Positions 44,231 through 57,072 are shown, counted from the first letter of the stretch. The stretch: 64,000 nucleotides of DNA from an uncultured Gammaproteobacteria bacterium (GCA_963773065.1 CAVYZN010000011.1:32001-96000); one strand, 5' to 3'. Numbers and translations: made by a program. The notes: a model not told the origin generated them from the sequence alone.

Positions 44231-45652
44231 GTGAAACACCTTGTCACAGGGCTGGGTCTCTGGTTCGCATGCCAGACGCTGCTGTTTGCCGCACCCGTTG
44301 AGGTCCAGGGTGTGCGCCTCTGGGCGGCTCCGGATCATACCCGTGTGGTCTTCGATACCAGCGGGCCGGTTGGATATGAACTGTCGTCCCTGCATAACCC
44401 CGAGCGCATTGTAATCGATGTGCCGGCCGCCATGGCCAGTGCAGCGGTGTCACGACAGCAAGGCGCCGGCGGCGTGGTCAAGGGAGTACGCGCCGCACAG
44501 TATTCGAAACAGGCGGTGCGTATCGTGCTGGATCTGCGGCAGCCAGTCCGACCACGCAGTTTTACCCTGACGCCCGCTGGTCAGTATGGGCACCGTCTGG
44601 TCATCGATCTTTACGAAACCGCATCCGCGCCACCGTCGAAGTTCGGTTCAAACTCCCTGGCAAGGACAGGACATACTGCCACGGCAGCGGCCGGTCCAAC
44701 CCCCAAGGCAAGGACAGGACAAACTGGCAAGCCAACGGCCGGCTCAATTGCACAGGCAAAGACAAAGAAATCGGTAACCGCAGACAAGCCGCGGATGCGC
44801 GACCTGGTAATCGCGATTGATGCGGGTCATGGCGGTGATGATACCGGTGCCATCGGCCGCAATGGCACGTATGAAAAGGATGTGGCGCTGGCCATCGCCC
44901 GGCGACTGGCGGCGCTGGTCGAGAAGGCGCCCGGCATGCGAGCGGTGATGACTCGCCAGGGTGACTACTATATCGGGCTGCGCCAGCGCATCAACAAGGC
45001 GCGCGAGCAGAAGGCCGATCTGTTTGTTTCCATCCATGCGGATAGTTTCCGTGATCAACGGGTCCAGGGTTCATCGGTTTTCGTGTTGTCTAACCGGGGC
45101 GCATCTTCCGAAATGGCGCGCTGGCTGGCGGAAAAGGAAAATGCCGCGGACTTGGCGGGTGGGGTGAGCCTGGATGACAAGGATGAGGTGCTTGCCGAGG
45201 TGCTGCTGGATCTCTCGCAGAATGCCACCATAGAAGCCAGCATCAATGTGGCCGGGAACATGCTCGACGAACTCCAGCGGCTTGGCAAGACCCACAAGTC
45301 CACCGTCCAGCAGGCCGGTTTTGTGGTATTGAAATCCCCGGATATCCCATCGGTACTGGTCGAGACCGCATATATCTCAAACCCGACTGAAGAGCGGAAA
45401 TTGCGCGACAGTCGCCACCAGGAGTCGCTGGCCACTGCCATGTTGCGCGGCATCAACAGATACTTCGCCAACCACCCTCCGCTGGGTACCCGTGTGGCGG
45501 CGCGTGAGCACGTCATCCGGCGGGGGGAGACACTGGATAGAATCGCGCAGCAATATGAGGTCAGCATGAACAGCTTGAGGGACTACAACGACCTGAAGTC
45601 CGACGTTCTGCGCATCGGGGGCACCCTGCGCATCCCGCCGTCTGGTGGTTGA
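44231..45652 (+). CDS. amiB: N-acetylmuramoyl-L-alanine amidase (AMIN + amidase_3 + LysM)
   Basis: IDAGHGG, SIHAD and LVETAYISN motifs, C-terminal LysM; start uncertain. Confidence 0.88.
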   Translation: MKHLVTGLGLWFACQTLLFAAPVEVQGVRLWAAPDHTRVVFDTSGPVGYELSSLHNPERIVIDVPAAMASAAVSRQQGAGGVVKGVRAAQYSKQAVRIVLDLRQPVRPRSFTLTPAGQYGHRLVIDLYETASAPPSKFGSNSLARTGHTATAAAGPTPKARTGQTGKPTAGSIAQAKTKKSVTADKPRMRDLVIAIDAGHGGDDTGAIGRNGTYEKDVALAIARRLAALVEKAPGMRAVMTRQGDYYIGLRQRINKAREQKADLFVSIHADSFRDQRVQGSSVFVLSNRGASSEMARWLAEKENAADLAGGVSLDDKDEVLAEVLLDLSQNATIEASINVAGNMLDELQRLGKTHKSTVQQAGFVVLKSPDIPSVLVETAYISNPTEERKLRDSRHQESLATAMLRGINRYFANHPPLGTRVAAREHVIRRGETLDRIAQQYEVSMNSLRDYNDLKSDVLRIGGTLRIPPSGG

Positions 45653-45714
45653 ATATTCCACGGCGAGGTTCTGATGCGTAGGCTTCGTCAAACGGCGGGA
45701 GTATCATCGAACCC

Positions 45715-46218
45715 ATGCGGTCGAAGCATGAAAACCGGCGGGTTTTGAAACGCTGCTGTTTTGCGGTGTGTGTGACCCTGCTGGCCGGCTGCCAGACGGT
45801 GGCGACAAATAATCCCGCCACGATTTATTTCAAGATACCCTCCGGTTCGAAGCTGATACTCAACAAGGAACTGGCCATCCCGGCGGGGGAGGCCCATATC
45901 ATGCTGCAGCATGGCGAGGCGGCCTCCGGCGCCAGCGAGTACTATATCAATTGCCGGTTTGAAGTGCGGGACCTCGGTCCCCGTGTCATTCAACCCGATA
46001 CTTTTCTGATCACCCGCGATAGCAGCCAGCGCGAATGGGTCAATCAGCCCTCTATCATGCGTTTCTACAAGGTTTTCCACCTGAAATCGGAACGCCAGCC
46101 CGATATCATGCCCATGATCTGTCAGTACTGGGCCTACCCGCTCATCGGCAGACCGGTCACCATCCAGGAAATACAGGAAGCCCTGGGGAGTTACTTCACC
46201 TTTGAATTCGCCCGCTAG
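45715..46218 (+). CDS. hypothetical lipoprotein
   Basis: LLAGC lipobox; ORF fills the amiB-mutL gap. Confidence 0.7.
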   Translation: MRSKHENRRVLKRCCFAVCVTLLAGCQTVATNNPATIYFKIPSGSKLILNKELAIPAGEAHIMLQHGEAASGASEYYINCRFEVRDLGPRVIQPDTFLITRDSSQREWVNQPSIMRFYKVFHLKSERQPDIMPMICQYWAYPLIGRPVTIQEIQEALGSYFTFEFAR

Positions 46219-46265
46219 GACCGGGCCTACACGAGGCCCCGGCGGGGGGGTATCATGGTCGCGCA

Positions 46266-48029
46266 ATGCGCATACAGGTACTCCCCTCACAACTGGTCAA
46301 CCAGATAGCCGCCGGCGAAGTCATCGAACGACCGGCCTCGGTGGTCAAGGAGTTGCTGGAGAACAGTCTCGATGCCGGGGCGGATGCCATCGAGGTGGAT
46401 GTCGAGCAAGGCGGTTTGCGCCGCATCCGGGTACGGGACAATGGCTGCGGCATTCAGCAGGAGGATCTTCTGCTGGCGCTGTCACGCCATGCCACCAGCA
46501 AAATCGCTACCCTGGACGACCTGGAACGGATCAACAGCCTCGGGTTTCGTGGCGAGGCGCTGCCCAGCATTGCCTCGGTGTCGCGGCTCAAACTCAGCTC
46601 CGCCTTTAATGGCGCCTCATCGGGCTGGTCCGTGCACAGCGATGGATCGGAACGCCTGCCGGCGCCGGCGCCTGTCGCTCACCCGACCGGCACGACGGTC
46701 GATGTCGGGGATCTGTTCTACAACACGCCCGCGCGCCGCAAATTCATGCGTGCGGAGGCGACTGAATTCAAGCACATCGAGCAGTTGGTGAGGCGCATGG
46801 CGCTGAGCTGTTTCCCGGTCGCGGTGAAACTGCAGCACAACCAGCGCGCGGTTTTTCATCTGCCCCCGGCCGTTTCCCGGGAAGCGCAGGAACAGCGTAT
46901 CGCCAGGGTATGCGGCCAAGCCTTCCTGGAACAGGCCGTCCATGTCGAGCACGCCGCGGCGGGCATGTCCCTGCGCGGCTGGATTGCCCTGCCGACGTTC
47001 TCGCGCAGCCAGCCGGACTTGCAGTTTTTTTACGTCAACCGCCGCATGGTGCGCGACAAGCTGGTGACGCATGCGGTTCGCCAGGCTTACGCGGATGTGC
47101 TTTACCACGGGCGGCATCCGGCGTTTGTCCTATTTATCGAGATGGAGCCCGCGGCGGTCGATGTCAATGCGCACCCGACCAAGCATGAGGTGCGATTTCG
47201 CGACAGCCGGCTGGTACATGATTTCCTGTCCGAAACACTCCACGAAGCCTTGGCGCAGATCCGTCCCGCCACTGGCCCGATGCCGCAGCCGCTGCCTAAC
47301 CTCGCTGTTCAGGCGGGGCAGGGACGCGTACCGGTACAGTCGGGCATGGCGCTGGATGTCCGTGAGCAGATCGCCGCTTACGCGGCCCTGCACCCTCGGC
47401 CCGCGTCCGCCCCGGCCCCTGATCCCGGGCCGCAGGATGCGAAAACGTATCCGCTCGGTTTTGCACTGGCCCAGCTACACGCTGTGTATGTTCTCGCGCA
47501 AAATGAGCACGGGCTGGTGCTCGTCGACATGCATGCGGCGCATGAGCGGATCACCTACGAAAAACTGAAGGTTTCGTTTGCTGCCGATGGGATCCGCTCC
47601 CAGCCGTTGCTGGTGCCCCTGCGCCTAGGGGTCAGCCGGCGCGAGGCGGATGCGTGCGAGTCAAACCAGGAATGGTTCGCGGCGCTGGGTTTCGAGATTG
47701 ACCGCGGCGGGCCGGAACACTTGCTGGTCCGGCAGGTTCCGGTATTGCTGCATGATACGGATATCGATGGGCTGGTGCGGGATGTGCTCTCTGACCTGAT
47801 TGAACACGGTACGAGCGAGCGCCTGCAGAATACGATGAACGGGATACTATCGACCATGGCCTGTCACGGTTCGGTGCGCGCCAACCGCCGCCTGGCGCTC
47901 GATGAAATGAATGCCCTGCTGCGGGAGATGGAAAGCACCGAACGCGGCGGCCAGTGCAACCACGGGCGGCCGACCTGGGTACAGATCCGTCTGGCCGAAC
48001 TGGACAAGCTGTTTCTGCGCGGTCGCTGA
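46266..48029 (+). CDS. mutL: DNA mismatch repair protein MutL
   Basis: GFRGEAL; endonuclease motifs [12 protein letters not shown] and CNHGRP. Confidence 0.97.
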   Translation: MRIQVLPSQLVNQIAAGEVIERPASVVKELLENSLDAGADAIEVDVEQGGLRRIRVRDNGCGIQQEDLLLALSRHATSKIATLDDLERINSLGFRGEALPSIASVSRLKLSSAFNGASSGWSVHSDGSERLPAPAPVAHPTGTTVDVGDLFYNTPARRKFMRAEATEFKHIEQLVRRMALSCFPVAVKLQHNQRAVFHLPPAVSREAQEQRIARVCGQAFLEQAVHVEHAAAGMSLRGWIALPTFSRSQPDLQFFYVNRRMVRDKLVTHAVRQAYADVLYHGRHPAFVLFIEMEPAAVDVNAHPTKHEVRFRDSRLVHDFLSETLHEALAQIRPATGPMPQPLPNLAVQAGQGRVPVQSGMALDVREQIAAYAALHPRPASAPAPDPGPQDAKTYPLGFALAQLHAVYVLAQNEHGLVLVDMHAAHERITYEKLKVSFAADGIRSQPLLVPLRLGVSRREADACESNQEWFAALGFEIDRGGPEHLLVRQVPVLLHDTDIDGLVRDVLSDLIEHGTSERLQNTMNGILSTMACHGSVRANRRLALDEMNALLREMESTERGGQCNHGRPTWVQIRLAELDKLFLRGR

Positions 48030-48058
48030 TACCGCGGCGCAGTCCGCGGTAAGTTTGA

Positions 48059-49031
48059 ATGACGGTTTCTATCAACCCCGAAATCCTGCCGCCCGCCGTT
48101 TTTCTCATGGGGCCGACGGCCTCGGGCAAGACGGAACTTGCGGCCAGGCTGGTCAAAGAGTTCCCCCTGGAAATCATCAGCGTGGACTCGGCGATGGTTT
48201 ACCGGGGCATGGCCATCGGTACCGCCAGGCCGGATGCCGCGCTATTGCGGGCGGCGCCGCACCGTCTGATCGATTTCCGCGACCCGGCCGAACCCTATTC
48301 GGCCGCCGATTTTCGCCGGGACGCGCTGGTCGAAATGGCGGATATTACCGCCAGGGGCCATATCCCGTTGCTGGTCGGCGGCACGCTGCTGTATTTCCGC
48401 GCCCTCGAACAGGGCTTGTCCGCCATGCCCCCGGCGGACCCGGACGTGCGCGCCAGACTCGACGCCGAGGCGCGGCATAGCGGTCTGGACGGACTGCATG
48501 CACGCCTTCAGAAAGTCGACCCGCCATCGGCGGCGCGGATCCATGCCAACGACCCGCAACGTATCCAGCGTGCGCTGGAGGTCTATGAATTAACCGGGCT
48601 GCCGTTGAGTGTGTTTCATCAACGGGGCCGGGTCGAGGTGTTGCCATACCGGCTGGCCAAGCTGATCCTGGCGCCGCGGGAGCGGCGGCTGCTTGCAGGC
48701 GCGTATTGAACGGCGTTTCCGGGACATGCTGGCGGCGGGGTTTGTCGATGAAGTCAGGGCGCTGTATGAGCGCGGCGACCTCGATGCTGAACTTCCCGCC
48801 ATGCGCGCGGTCGGTTACCGGCAGGTGTGGGCTTTCCTGGCAGGACAAATCGGCTATGACGACATGGTAAATCAGGCTATAGTCGCCACGCGCCAGTACG
48901 CCAAGCGCCAGTTGACCTGGTTGCGCGGCGAACCGGACGCGGAATGGTTTGTCGCGGATGACCCCAGTGTCTTGGAAGAGCTTGGCCGGTACCTGGATTC
49001 CTGGCTCAGGCAAGCTAAAACAAGCATGTGA
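48059..49031 (+). CDS. miaA: tRNA dimethylallyltransferase (apparent frameshift near 48695)
   Basis: GPTASGKT and DSAMVYRGM; VGYRQ and [11 protein letters not shown] lie in a second frame. Confidence 0.93.
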
Positions 49032-49144
49032 TTGTCCTTTAAATTTAGTATTATATCCTGGCCTGCTGCAGGCAGGTTCGCAGAAGTAGCTGTAGCCAGG
49101 GAGATCGAATTTTGGTTTATGGAACTAGAAAAAGGAGAACAGAC

Positions 49145-49399
49145 ATGAATAGAGGACAATCTTTGCAGGACCCGTTTTTGAATGCCCTACGCAAGGAGCG
49201 AGTCCCGGTGTCAATTTATCTGGTCAATGGGATCAAGCTTCAGGGACAGATCGAATCATTCGACCAGTTTGTGGTGCTACTCAAGAATACCGTCAGTCAA
49301 ATGGTCTACAAGCACGCGATCTCGACCGTGGTTCCGGCGCGTAACGTGCGGATTGCGGGAGCGGAAGTCAGTGAAACCCCTGAGCCGGGGAATGCCTGA
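49145..49399 (+). CDS. hfq: RNA chaperone Hfq
   Basis: [10 protein letters not shown]...YKHAIST. Confidence 0.98.
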   Translation: MNRGQSLQDPFLNALRKERVPVSIYLVNGIKLQGQIESFDQFVVLLKNTVSQMVYKHAISTVVPARNVRIAGAEVSETPEPGNA

Positions 49400-49427
49400 C
49401 GGAACAAATACCGTGGCGGGCGGTTGA

Positions 49428-50747
49428 TTGTTCGTACGCCCCGATAGCGGTGAGCGGGCCGTTCTGGTCCATGTGAACTTTCCCTCCGAAACCGACCAGG
49501 AGGATCTCCAGGAATTCACTGAACTGGTCCGCTCCGCGGGCGCGACCCCGGTCGCGATCATTACCGCCACGCGCACGGCGCCGGAACCCCGGCTGTTCGT
49601 CGGCCAGGGCAAGGCCGATGAAATACTCACCGCCGTTCAGACGCAGCAGGCCGATGTGGTCATTTTCAACCATGCCTTGCGGCCCAGCCAGGAAAGAAAT
49701 CTGGAGCGGCTGTTGTCCTGCCGCGTGCTGGCGCGCACGGGGTTGATACTGGACATCTTCGCCCAGCGGGCGCGGTCTTTTGAAGGCAAGCTGCAGGTGG
49801 AGCTGGCGCAACTGCGGCATTTGTCCACGCGTCTGGTCCGGGGCTGGACCCACCTGGAACGCCAGAAGGGCGGCATCGGCTTGCGCGGCCCGGGTGAAAC
49901 CCAGCTTGAATCCGACCGCCGTATGATCAATGCGCGCATCAAGATGATCAACAAGCGCCTGGACAAAGTCGGGCGCCAGCGCGATCAGGGAAGGCGGGCC
50001 CGCAGCCGCGCCGAAGTGCCGACGGTCTCCGTCGTCGGGTATACCAATGCCGGGAAATCGACCTTGTTCAACGCCCTCACGGGCGCACACGTCTATGCGG
50101 CCGACCAGTTGTTCGCCACCCTGGATCCGACCTTGCGGCGGGTGGAACTGCCGGGCATCGGCCCGCTGGTGCTGGCCGACACCGTGGGGTTCATCCGCCA
50201 CCTGCCCCATGATCTGGTGGCGGCCTTCCGCGCCACGCTCGAGGAGACGCGCCAGGCCGATTTGCTGCTGCACGTGATCGATGTGCAGGATACCGAACGC
50301 CGGGCGCGCATCGAACAGGTCAACGAGGTGCTGCACGAAATCGGCGCCGGCGACATACCCCAACTGTGTGTCTATAACAAAGTGGATCTCACGGAGGAAG
50401 CGCCGCGTGTCGAGCGCAATGGCGAGGGTGTGATCGACAAGGTCTGGTTGTCGGCCTTGCGCGGGACCGGGCTGGATCTGCTGACAGCGGCGTTGACGGA
50501 GCATTTTCAGGGTGTCCAGGTTCATGGCTGGCTGCGTCTGCCGCCGCAGGCGGGCGCGGTCCGCTCCGGCCTGTACCAACTGGGCAGCGTCCTCTCCGAG
50601 CGCGTGGATAACCTGGGCCGCTGGTGGATCGAGGTCCGCATGACCCGGCGTGACATCGATCGGCTGCTGAGTGACCAGGCGTCGGGATGCGAGTTTTACC
50701 CGCCCGATTCCGTCGATCTCCTTGCGGGTACCGCACAAGCTTCTTAA
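49428..50747 (+). CDS. hflX: ribosome rescue GTPase HflX
   Basis: GPGETQLE, GYTNAGKS and DTVGFI motifs. Confidence 0.96.
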   Translation: MFVRPDSGERAVLVHVNFPSETDQEDLQEFTELVRSAGATPVAIITATRTAPEPRLFVGQGKADEILTAVQTQQADVVIFNHALRPSQERNLERLLSCRVLARTGLILDIFAQRARSFEGKLQVELAQLRHLSTRLVRGWTHLERQKGGIGLRGPGETQLESDRRMINARIKMINKRLDKVGRQRDQGRRARSRAEVPTVSVVGYTNAGKSTLFNALTGAHVYAADQLFATLDPTLRRVELPGIGPLVLADTVGFIRHLPHDLVAAFRATLEETRQADLLLHVIDVQDTERRARIEQVNEVLHEIGAGDIPQLCVYNKVDLTEEAPRVERNGEGVIDKVWLSALRGTGLDLLTAALTEHFQGVQVHGWLRLPPQAGAVRSGLYQLGSVLSERVDNLGRWWIEVRMTRRDIDRLLSDQASGCEFYPPDSVDLLAGTAQAS

Positions 50748-50816
50748 ACTTGACCCTTTCGCCTCCCACGGCCGTGACCCGCCGTGGGGTGCATTCAAAC
50801 TGAACTGGAGTTGTGT

Positions 50817-51950
50817 ATGGCCTGGAATGAACCGGGTGGCGATAAACGGGATCCCTGGGGCGGGAAGGGCGGCAACGAGGGACCCCCTGATTTGGATGAA
50901 CTCGTGCGCAAGCTGCGTGACGGGGTAAACCGCCTGTTCGGGGGACTTGCCGGCAAGGGCGGTGGCGCCTCAACCGGCAGCCCCATCAGTTTCGGCTTCA
51001 TCGCCGGCCTGGCCATTGCCATCTGGGTGTTATCCGGCATCTACATCATCGACCCGGCCGAGCGCGGCGTGGTGTTGCGGCTGGGCGAGTTCAAGGCCAT
51101 TACCGGGCCGGGGCCGCACTGGTTCATGCGCTTCATCGAAACCGTGGAAAAGATCAACATCGATCGGGTGCGCACCGTGAGTCACAAGGCCAAGATACTG
51201 ACCAAGGACGAAAACATCATCCAGGTGGAACTGGCCGTGCAGTACCAGGTGAAGAACGCCGAGGATTATATGTTCCGGGTGCGCGACCCGGACTACACTC
51301 TGCAGGAAGCCACCGAGAGCGCGCTGCGTGAAGTCATCGGCGGCATCACCATGGACCAATTCCTCAGCGGTGGCCGTGGCGATATTGTGTTTCAGGCCAA
51401 GGAACTGCTCCAGACCATCCTGGACCGCTACCGTACCGGCTTGCTATTGACCAGTGTCAACCTGCAGGATCCGCAGCCGCCGGAAGAGGTACAGGGCGCC
51501 TTTCAGGATGCCATCAAGGCGCAGGAGGACGAAGTCAGGTTCAAGAACGAGGCGGAGGCCTATGCGCGCGATATCGTGCCCAGGGCCCGGGGCGATGCCC
51601 GGCGCATGCGCGAGGAGGCGGGCGCCTACAAGGAACAGATCATCGCCAAGGCGGGAGGTGAAACCAGCCGTTTCCTGCAGACGCTCAAGGAATACAAGAA
51701 GGCCCCCGAGATCACCCGCAAACGGCTGTACCTGGAAACCATGGAGGAAGTGCTTGCCAATACCAGCAAGGTCATCATGCAGGTCAACGGCGCCAACAGC
51801 CTGATGTATCTGCCGCTCGACAAGCTCATGCAGCAGACCTCCGATACCAACCTGCAGACGCCGGAGGTGACGCAGACGGGCAATGAAACGTCGACGGAAC
51901 CAACGGAGCTGGTGCGTCGGCGCAGCACGATCAGACAGGGAGAGAGGTAA
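50817..51950 (+). CDS. hflK: FtsH modulator HflK
   Basis: MAWNEPG, GPPDLDE, SPFH domain. Confidence 0.95.
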   Translation: MAWNEPGGDKRDPWGGKGGNEGPPDLDELVRKLRDGVNRLFGGLAGKGGGASTGSPISFGFIAGLAIAIWVLSGIYIIDPAERGVVLRLGEFKAITGPGPHWFMRFIETVEKINIDRVRTVSHKAKILTKDENIIQVELAVQYQVKNAEDYMFRVRDPDYTLQEATESALREVIGGITMDQFLSGGRGDIVFQAKELLQTILDRYRTGLLLTSVNLQDPQPPEEVQGAFQDAIKAQEDEVRFKNEAEAYARDIVPRARGDARRMREEAGAYKEQIIAKAGGETSRFLQTLKEYKKAPEITRKRLYLETMEEVLANTSKVIMQVNGANSLMYLPLDKLMQQTSDTNLQTPEVTQTGNETSTEPTELVRRRSTIRQGER

Positions 51951-52825
51951 TGGCGGCGTCAAGAATACTTGTTGTCATGCTGGTGATCGTCCTGGTCGTT
52001 GCCTGGACTTCGTTCTTCGTCATCGATGAACGCCAGTTGGCGATCAAGTTTCAACTCGGCGAGATCATCGACTCGGAATACGAGCCCGGCCTGCATTTCA
52101 TGAAGCCGCTGTTCATCAACAACGTCAAGAAGTTCGACAAGCGCCTCCTGACGCTGGATACCCGTCCGGAACGGTTCCTTACCGGCGAGAAGAAGAATGT
52201 CACGGTGGACTTCTTCGCGAAATGGCGGATCAAGGACCCGGCAACCTATTACACCGCCTTCGGCGGTGACGAGCGCCAGGCGGCCCTGCGCATGCTGCAG
52301 ATCATCAACAACAGCCTGCAGCTTGAATTCGATCACCGCACTATCGTACAGCTCGTCTCGAGCGAGCGATCCGAGCTGATGACCAGTCTTACCTCCAAGG
52401 GTAATGAACAGGTCGCGCAGTTTGGGATCGAGATCGTCGACGTGCGCATCAAGCAGATCGAACTGCCGGAAGACGTGCGCAATTCCGTGTTCGAGCGCAT
52501 GCGGGCGGAACGCGAGCGGGTCGCCCGCGAACACCGCGCCCAGGGCGAGGAGACCGCCAAGGGCATACGCGCGGTGGCGGAGCGGGAACGGACCATCATT
52601 CTGGCCGAGGCCCAGCGCGATGCGGAGACCATACGCGGCGAGGGTGATGCGCGGGCAACCGAGGTTTACGCCCAGGCATACGGCGAGGACCCCGGCTTCT
52701 ATGAATTCTATCGCAGCATGAATGCCTACCGGGACGCCATCGGCAGCAAACATGACATACTGGTACTCCAGCCGGACTCCGAATTCTTCAGGTTTTTTGA
52801 CAACAATGCCGGCAAGCAACGCTAG
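51950..52825 (+). CDS. hflC: FtsH modulator HflC
   Basis: RFLTGEKK, RMRAER and FYRSM.AY motifs. Confidence 0.95.
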   Translation: MAASRILVVMLVIVLVVAWTSFFVIDERQLAIKFQLGEIIDSEYEPGLHFMKPLFINNVKKFDKRLLTLDTRPERFLTGEKKNVTVDFFAKWRIKDPATYYTAFGGDERQAALRMLQIINNSLQLEFDHRTIVQLVSSERSELMTSLTSKGNEQVAQFGIEIVDVRIKQIELPEDVRNSVFERMRAERERVAREHRAQGEETAKGIRAVAERERTIILAEAQRDAETIRGEGDARATEVYAQAYGEDPGFYEFYRSMNAYRDAIGSKHDILVLQPDSEFFRFFDNNAGKQR

Positions 52826-52892
52826 TGCCCGCGGGCGACTGCCTGGCATGCCTACCGGGCTTGGGCCCGGATTTTTTTGCGGGTAATGTCCC

Positions 52893-53084
52893 TTGAACTG
52901 GGATGATCTGCTGGCCGCGGTGGCGCTGGTGATGGTTCTCGAAGGGATCGTGCCGTTTGGCAGTCCGCAATCTCTGCGCCGCATGCTGGAAAGGGTGTCA
53001 CACATCGATGACCGGACACTGCGTCTGACCGGCCTGGCAAGCATGATCTGCGGTGTCGTCCTGTTGTACCTGGTTCGTCACTAA
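52893..53084 (+). CDS. DUF2065 (YjeT) small membrane protein
   Basis: ALVMVLEG..PF..P and LR..GL pattern; synteny after hflC. Confidence 0.85.
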   Translation: MNWDDLLAAVALVMVLEGIVPFGSPQSLRRMLERVSHIDDRTLRLTGLASMICGVVLLYLVRH

Positions 53085-53103
53085 CGACACGCTTGAACAC
53101 GCG

Positions 53104-54381
53104 ATGAGCACTAGCGACCAATGGCTGCTGCCTGAAGGCATCGAGGAAATCCTGCCGCCCCATGCCTGGCGGCTGGAGTGCGCGCGCCGGGAGTTGCTCG
53201 ATCTGTTCTCGAGCTGGGGCTACGAGCTGATCATCCCGCCCTTCATCGAATACCTGGAGTCCCTGTTGACCGGTACCGGCCACGACCTCGATCTGCAGAC
53301 CTTCAAGCTGACCGATCAGTTGAACGGGCGCATGCTGGGGGTGCGCGCCGACATGACCCCGCAGGCGGCGCGCATCGACGCCCACCCGCTCAAGCGGGAC
53401 ATGCCCTCACGCCTGTGCTATCTGGGTACGGTGCTGCATACGCGCCCCGACGGCTTTGCCGGTACGCGCAGCCCCCTGCAGGTGGGCGCCGAACTGTTCG
53501 GCCATGGCGGCATCGAGAGCGATGTGGAGATCCTCAGCCTGGTGCTGGAGACGCTGGCGCGGATGGGGATCACGGACGTGCACATGGATCTCGGGCATGT
53601 CGGGATATTCCGGGGCCTGGCCGCGGAGGCCGGTCTCGATGAGACGGCGGAGGCGGCCCTGTTCGATGCTCTGCAGCGCAAGGCGGTCCCGGAAATCGAG
53701 GATATTCTAAGCGCCGGCACGATAGGCGAGGCGCACCGCCGCCGGCTCGCCAGTCTGGCCGAACTCAACGGTAGCTGGGAAATTCTCGACATTTCCCGCG
53801 AGCGGCTGGCCGGGGCCGGCGCCCGCGTGATGGCGGCGCTGGATAACCTGTGCGCGATCGCCGCGGCGATGCGGCAGCGCGCGGGGGAGGCCTCGCTGTA
53901 CTTCGATCTCGCGGAACTGCGCGCCTATAACTACCAGAGCGGCATGGTGTTCGCCGTGTTCGTTCCGGGACGCGGACAGGAAATCGCCCGTGGCGGGCGC
54001 TACGACAATATCGGGCAGGTATTCGGGCGGGCGCGGCCGGCTACCGGTTTCAGCACCGACCTGAAGACGCTGATGGATCTCAGCCCGTATGACTTCGGCG
54101 CGCCGCGCGGCGCCATCCTGGCGCCGGCGGATGAGGACCCCGCGCTGCTGGCCGCGGTGCGCGAACTGCGCGCGAGTGGTGAGCGGGTCATATTCGCACT
54201 GCCGGGACAGACAGGCGGCGCCGTCGCTATGGGCTGTGACCGGGTGATCGCACTGGAGAACAAGGCATGGCGGGTCAAACCGGCGGCAGGAAATGAACGG
54301 GTGCGTCGAGGGTATGTTTACCGCCGTGTCGAAACGCGCGCCCGGCAACAGCATCTGACCCGGCAACACGGGCCGGGGTGA
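53104..54381 (+). CDS. hisZ: ATP phosphoribosyltransferase regulatory subunit (3' end possibly over-extended; natural end about 54296)
   Basis: WLLPEGI, RADMTPQAARIDAH, GGRYD and RPATGFS motifs. Confidence 0.93.
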   Translation: MSTSDQWLLPEGIEEILPPHAWRLECARRELLDLFSSWGYELIIPPFIEYLESLLTGTGHDLDLQTFKLTDQLNGRMLGVRADMTPQAARIDAHPLKRDMPSRLCYLGTVLHTRPDGFAGTRSPLQVGAELFGHGGIESDVEILSLVLETLARMGITDVHMDLGHVGIFRGLAAEAGLDETAEAALFDALQRKAVPEIEDILSAGTIGEAHRRRLASLAELNGSWEILDISRERLAGAGARVMAALDNLCAIAAAMRQRAGEASLYFDLAELRAYNYQSGMVFAVFVPGRGQEIARGGRYDNIGQVFGRARPATGFSTDLKTLMDLSPYDFGAPRGAILAPADEDPALLAAVRELRASGERVIFALPGQTGGAVAMGCDRVIALENKAWRVKPAAGNERVRRGYVYRRVETRARQQHLTRQHGPG

Positions 54382-54418
54382 TAACCCTCAACCGGTGTCT
54401 GCTCTCCGCAGGCCTTAG

Positions 54419-55763
<1,345 letters not shown>

Positions 55764-55774
55764 GGGAAATACGG

Positions 55775-55819
55775 GTCAGAAGTGAGCAGTGAGAAGTCGG
55801 TGAGAAGTGAGAAGTGAGG
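55775..55819 (+). repeat. imperfect heptamer tandem repeat (GTGAGAA)n
   Basis: gtcagaa gtgagca gtgagaa gtcg gtgagaa gtgagaa gtgagg. Confidence 0.75.
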
Positions 55820-55973
55820 TAGATGAGTGGCGCTTGCTATCGATCTGTAAGGACGGTAGCGTTTGGAAACCCACGAACGTGCTAGCACACCGTGTCTTTC
55901 ATGAGTGCCGTGGCCATGGGACGTCAATGGGTACGACCACCCCATTCTCTTCCCAGGTGGCGCAGCATACACG

Positions 55974-56943
55974 CTATTTTCCCCGCAGCTTCCGCGCCAG
56001 CGCCGTCACCATCGGTTTCAGATCCTTATGTTTCAGCCGTTTCACCGCCTGTTTCGGGCTGACCCACTCGCGGCCGCGGTGGCTTTCCTCCCATTTCTTC
56101 TCCGGCACGAGGTGGGTGACCTCCATGGCGTAGACCTCGACGCTGCAGCTTGCGCCCCATTTTTTGCAGCGATAGGCGCCGAGTGCCTCGTCGAATACCC
56201 GTCCTTCCGCGCCGGCTTCCTCCCAGGCCTCCTTGGCGGCGGATTCCCGGGCCGTGAGTCCGGGGTCATGGATGCCTTTGGGGACGATCCAGTGTTTCCT
56301 GTTGCTGGAATAAATGACGAGAATTTCCGGTTTGCCCTTGCGCAGGCGAAAGGGGATCACGGCCGACTGGGTGTAATAATAGGCTGGGCGGTTGCGCCGC
56401 TCGGGACCCTGCGGCGCGGGAAACGGGAACTTTTTCGGCAATGTGGCGGGGTGTGTGATCGCCGCCAGCGCGGCGCATCCGGCGGTGAGGCGGCGCCAGT
56501 CGGCCGGCATGCCGAGTCTGGCGAGCGCCGCCGTCGGCAGGACCTTGCCGTCTTGCGCCACGGGAACCCGGTCCTGCAACAGGAAGGCGAGCAGTGTCTC
56601 CAACCCCGGGTTGTGCCCGACCAGCAACACCCGTTGCGCCTGTCGCGGGCAATCCGCCAGCACCGCGCGCAATTCATCGAGGCTCCGCCTCGTAGATCCG
56701 TTCGTCCAGGTGGATGGCGCGCGTGCCGATCGCCATTGCCTTGCATGCCTTCGCGGCCGTGGCGATGGCGCGTTCGGCCGGCGAACTGACCACGTGATCG
56801 GGCGCCAGGTCCTGCTGCATCAGCCAGCTTCCCATGCGCTCTGCGCTGCGTTTGCCATGGAGCATGAGCGGACGGTGAAAATCGTCGGTACTGACACTCC
56901 AGTCGGACTTGCCGTGGCGTAGCAGCAGCAGTTCACGTCCCAT
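55974..56943 (-). CDS. SixA-type histidine phosphatase fused to a Nudix hydrolase (apparent frameshift near 56680)
   Basis: LLLLRHGKS, SSPAERA and LVGHNPG; then WIVPKG and the Nudix box ESAAKEAWEEAG in the same frame as GHNP. Confidence 0.85.
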
Positions 56944-57072
56944 GGCGGTTAACTCCATTAGTTAAAACCAGCAGTAGCGATGCCAAATGCGTGCTATGCC
57001 AAGGCAGGATGGCCGAGGGGTGACACGCCGTAAATCCGTCCCTCAAGGCTCGCGGGCGGCAAGTGCGCGGCA

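Noticed and set aside
46266-48029. MutL with endonuclease motif as a novelty
   Set aside because: Normal for bacteria lacking MutH
54297-54381. Novel C-terminal extension of HisZ
   Set aside because: A one-base shift near GGAAATGA (about 54296) gives the normal length; probably an indel
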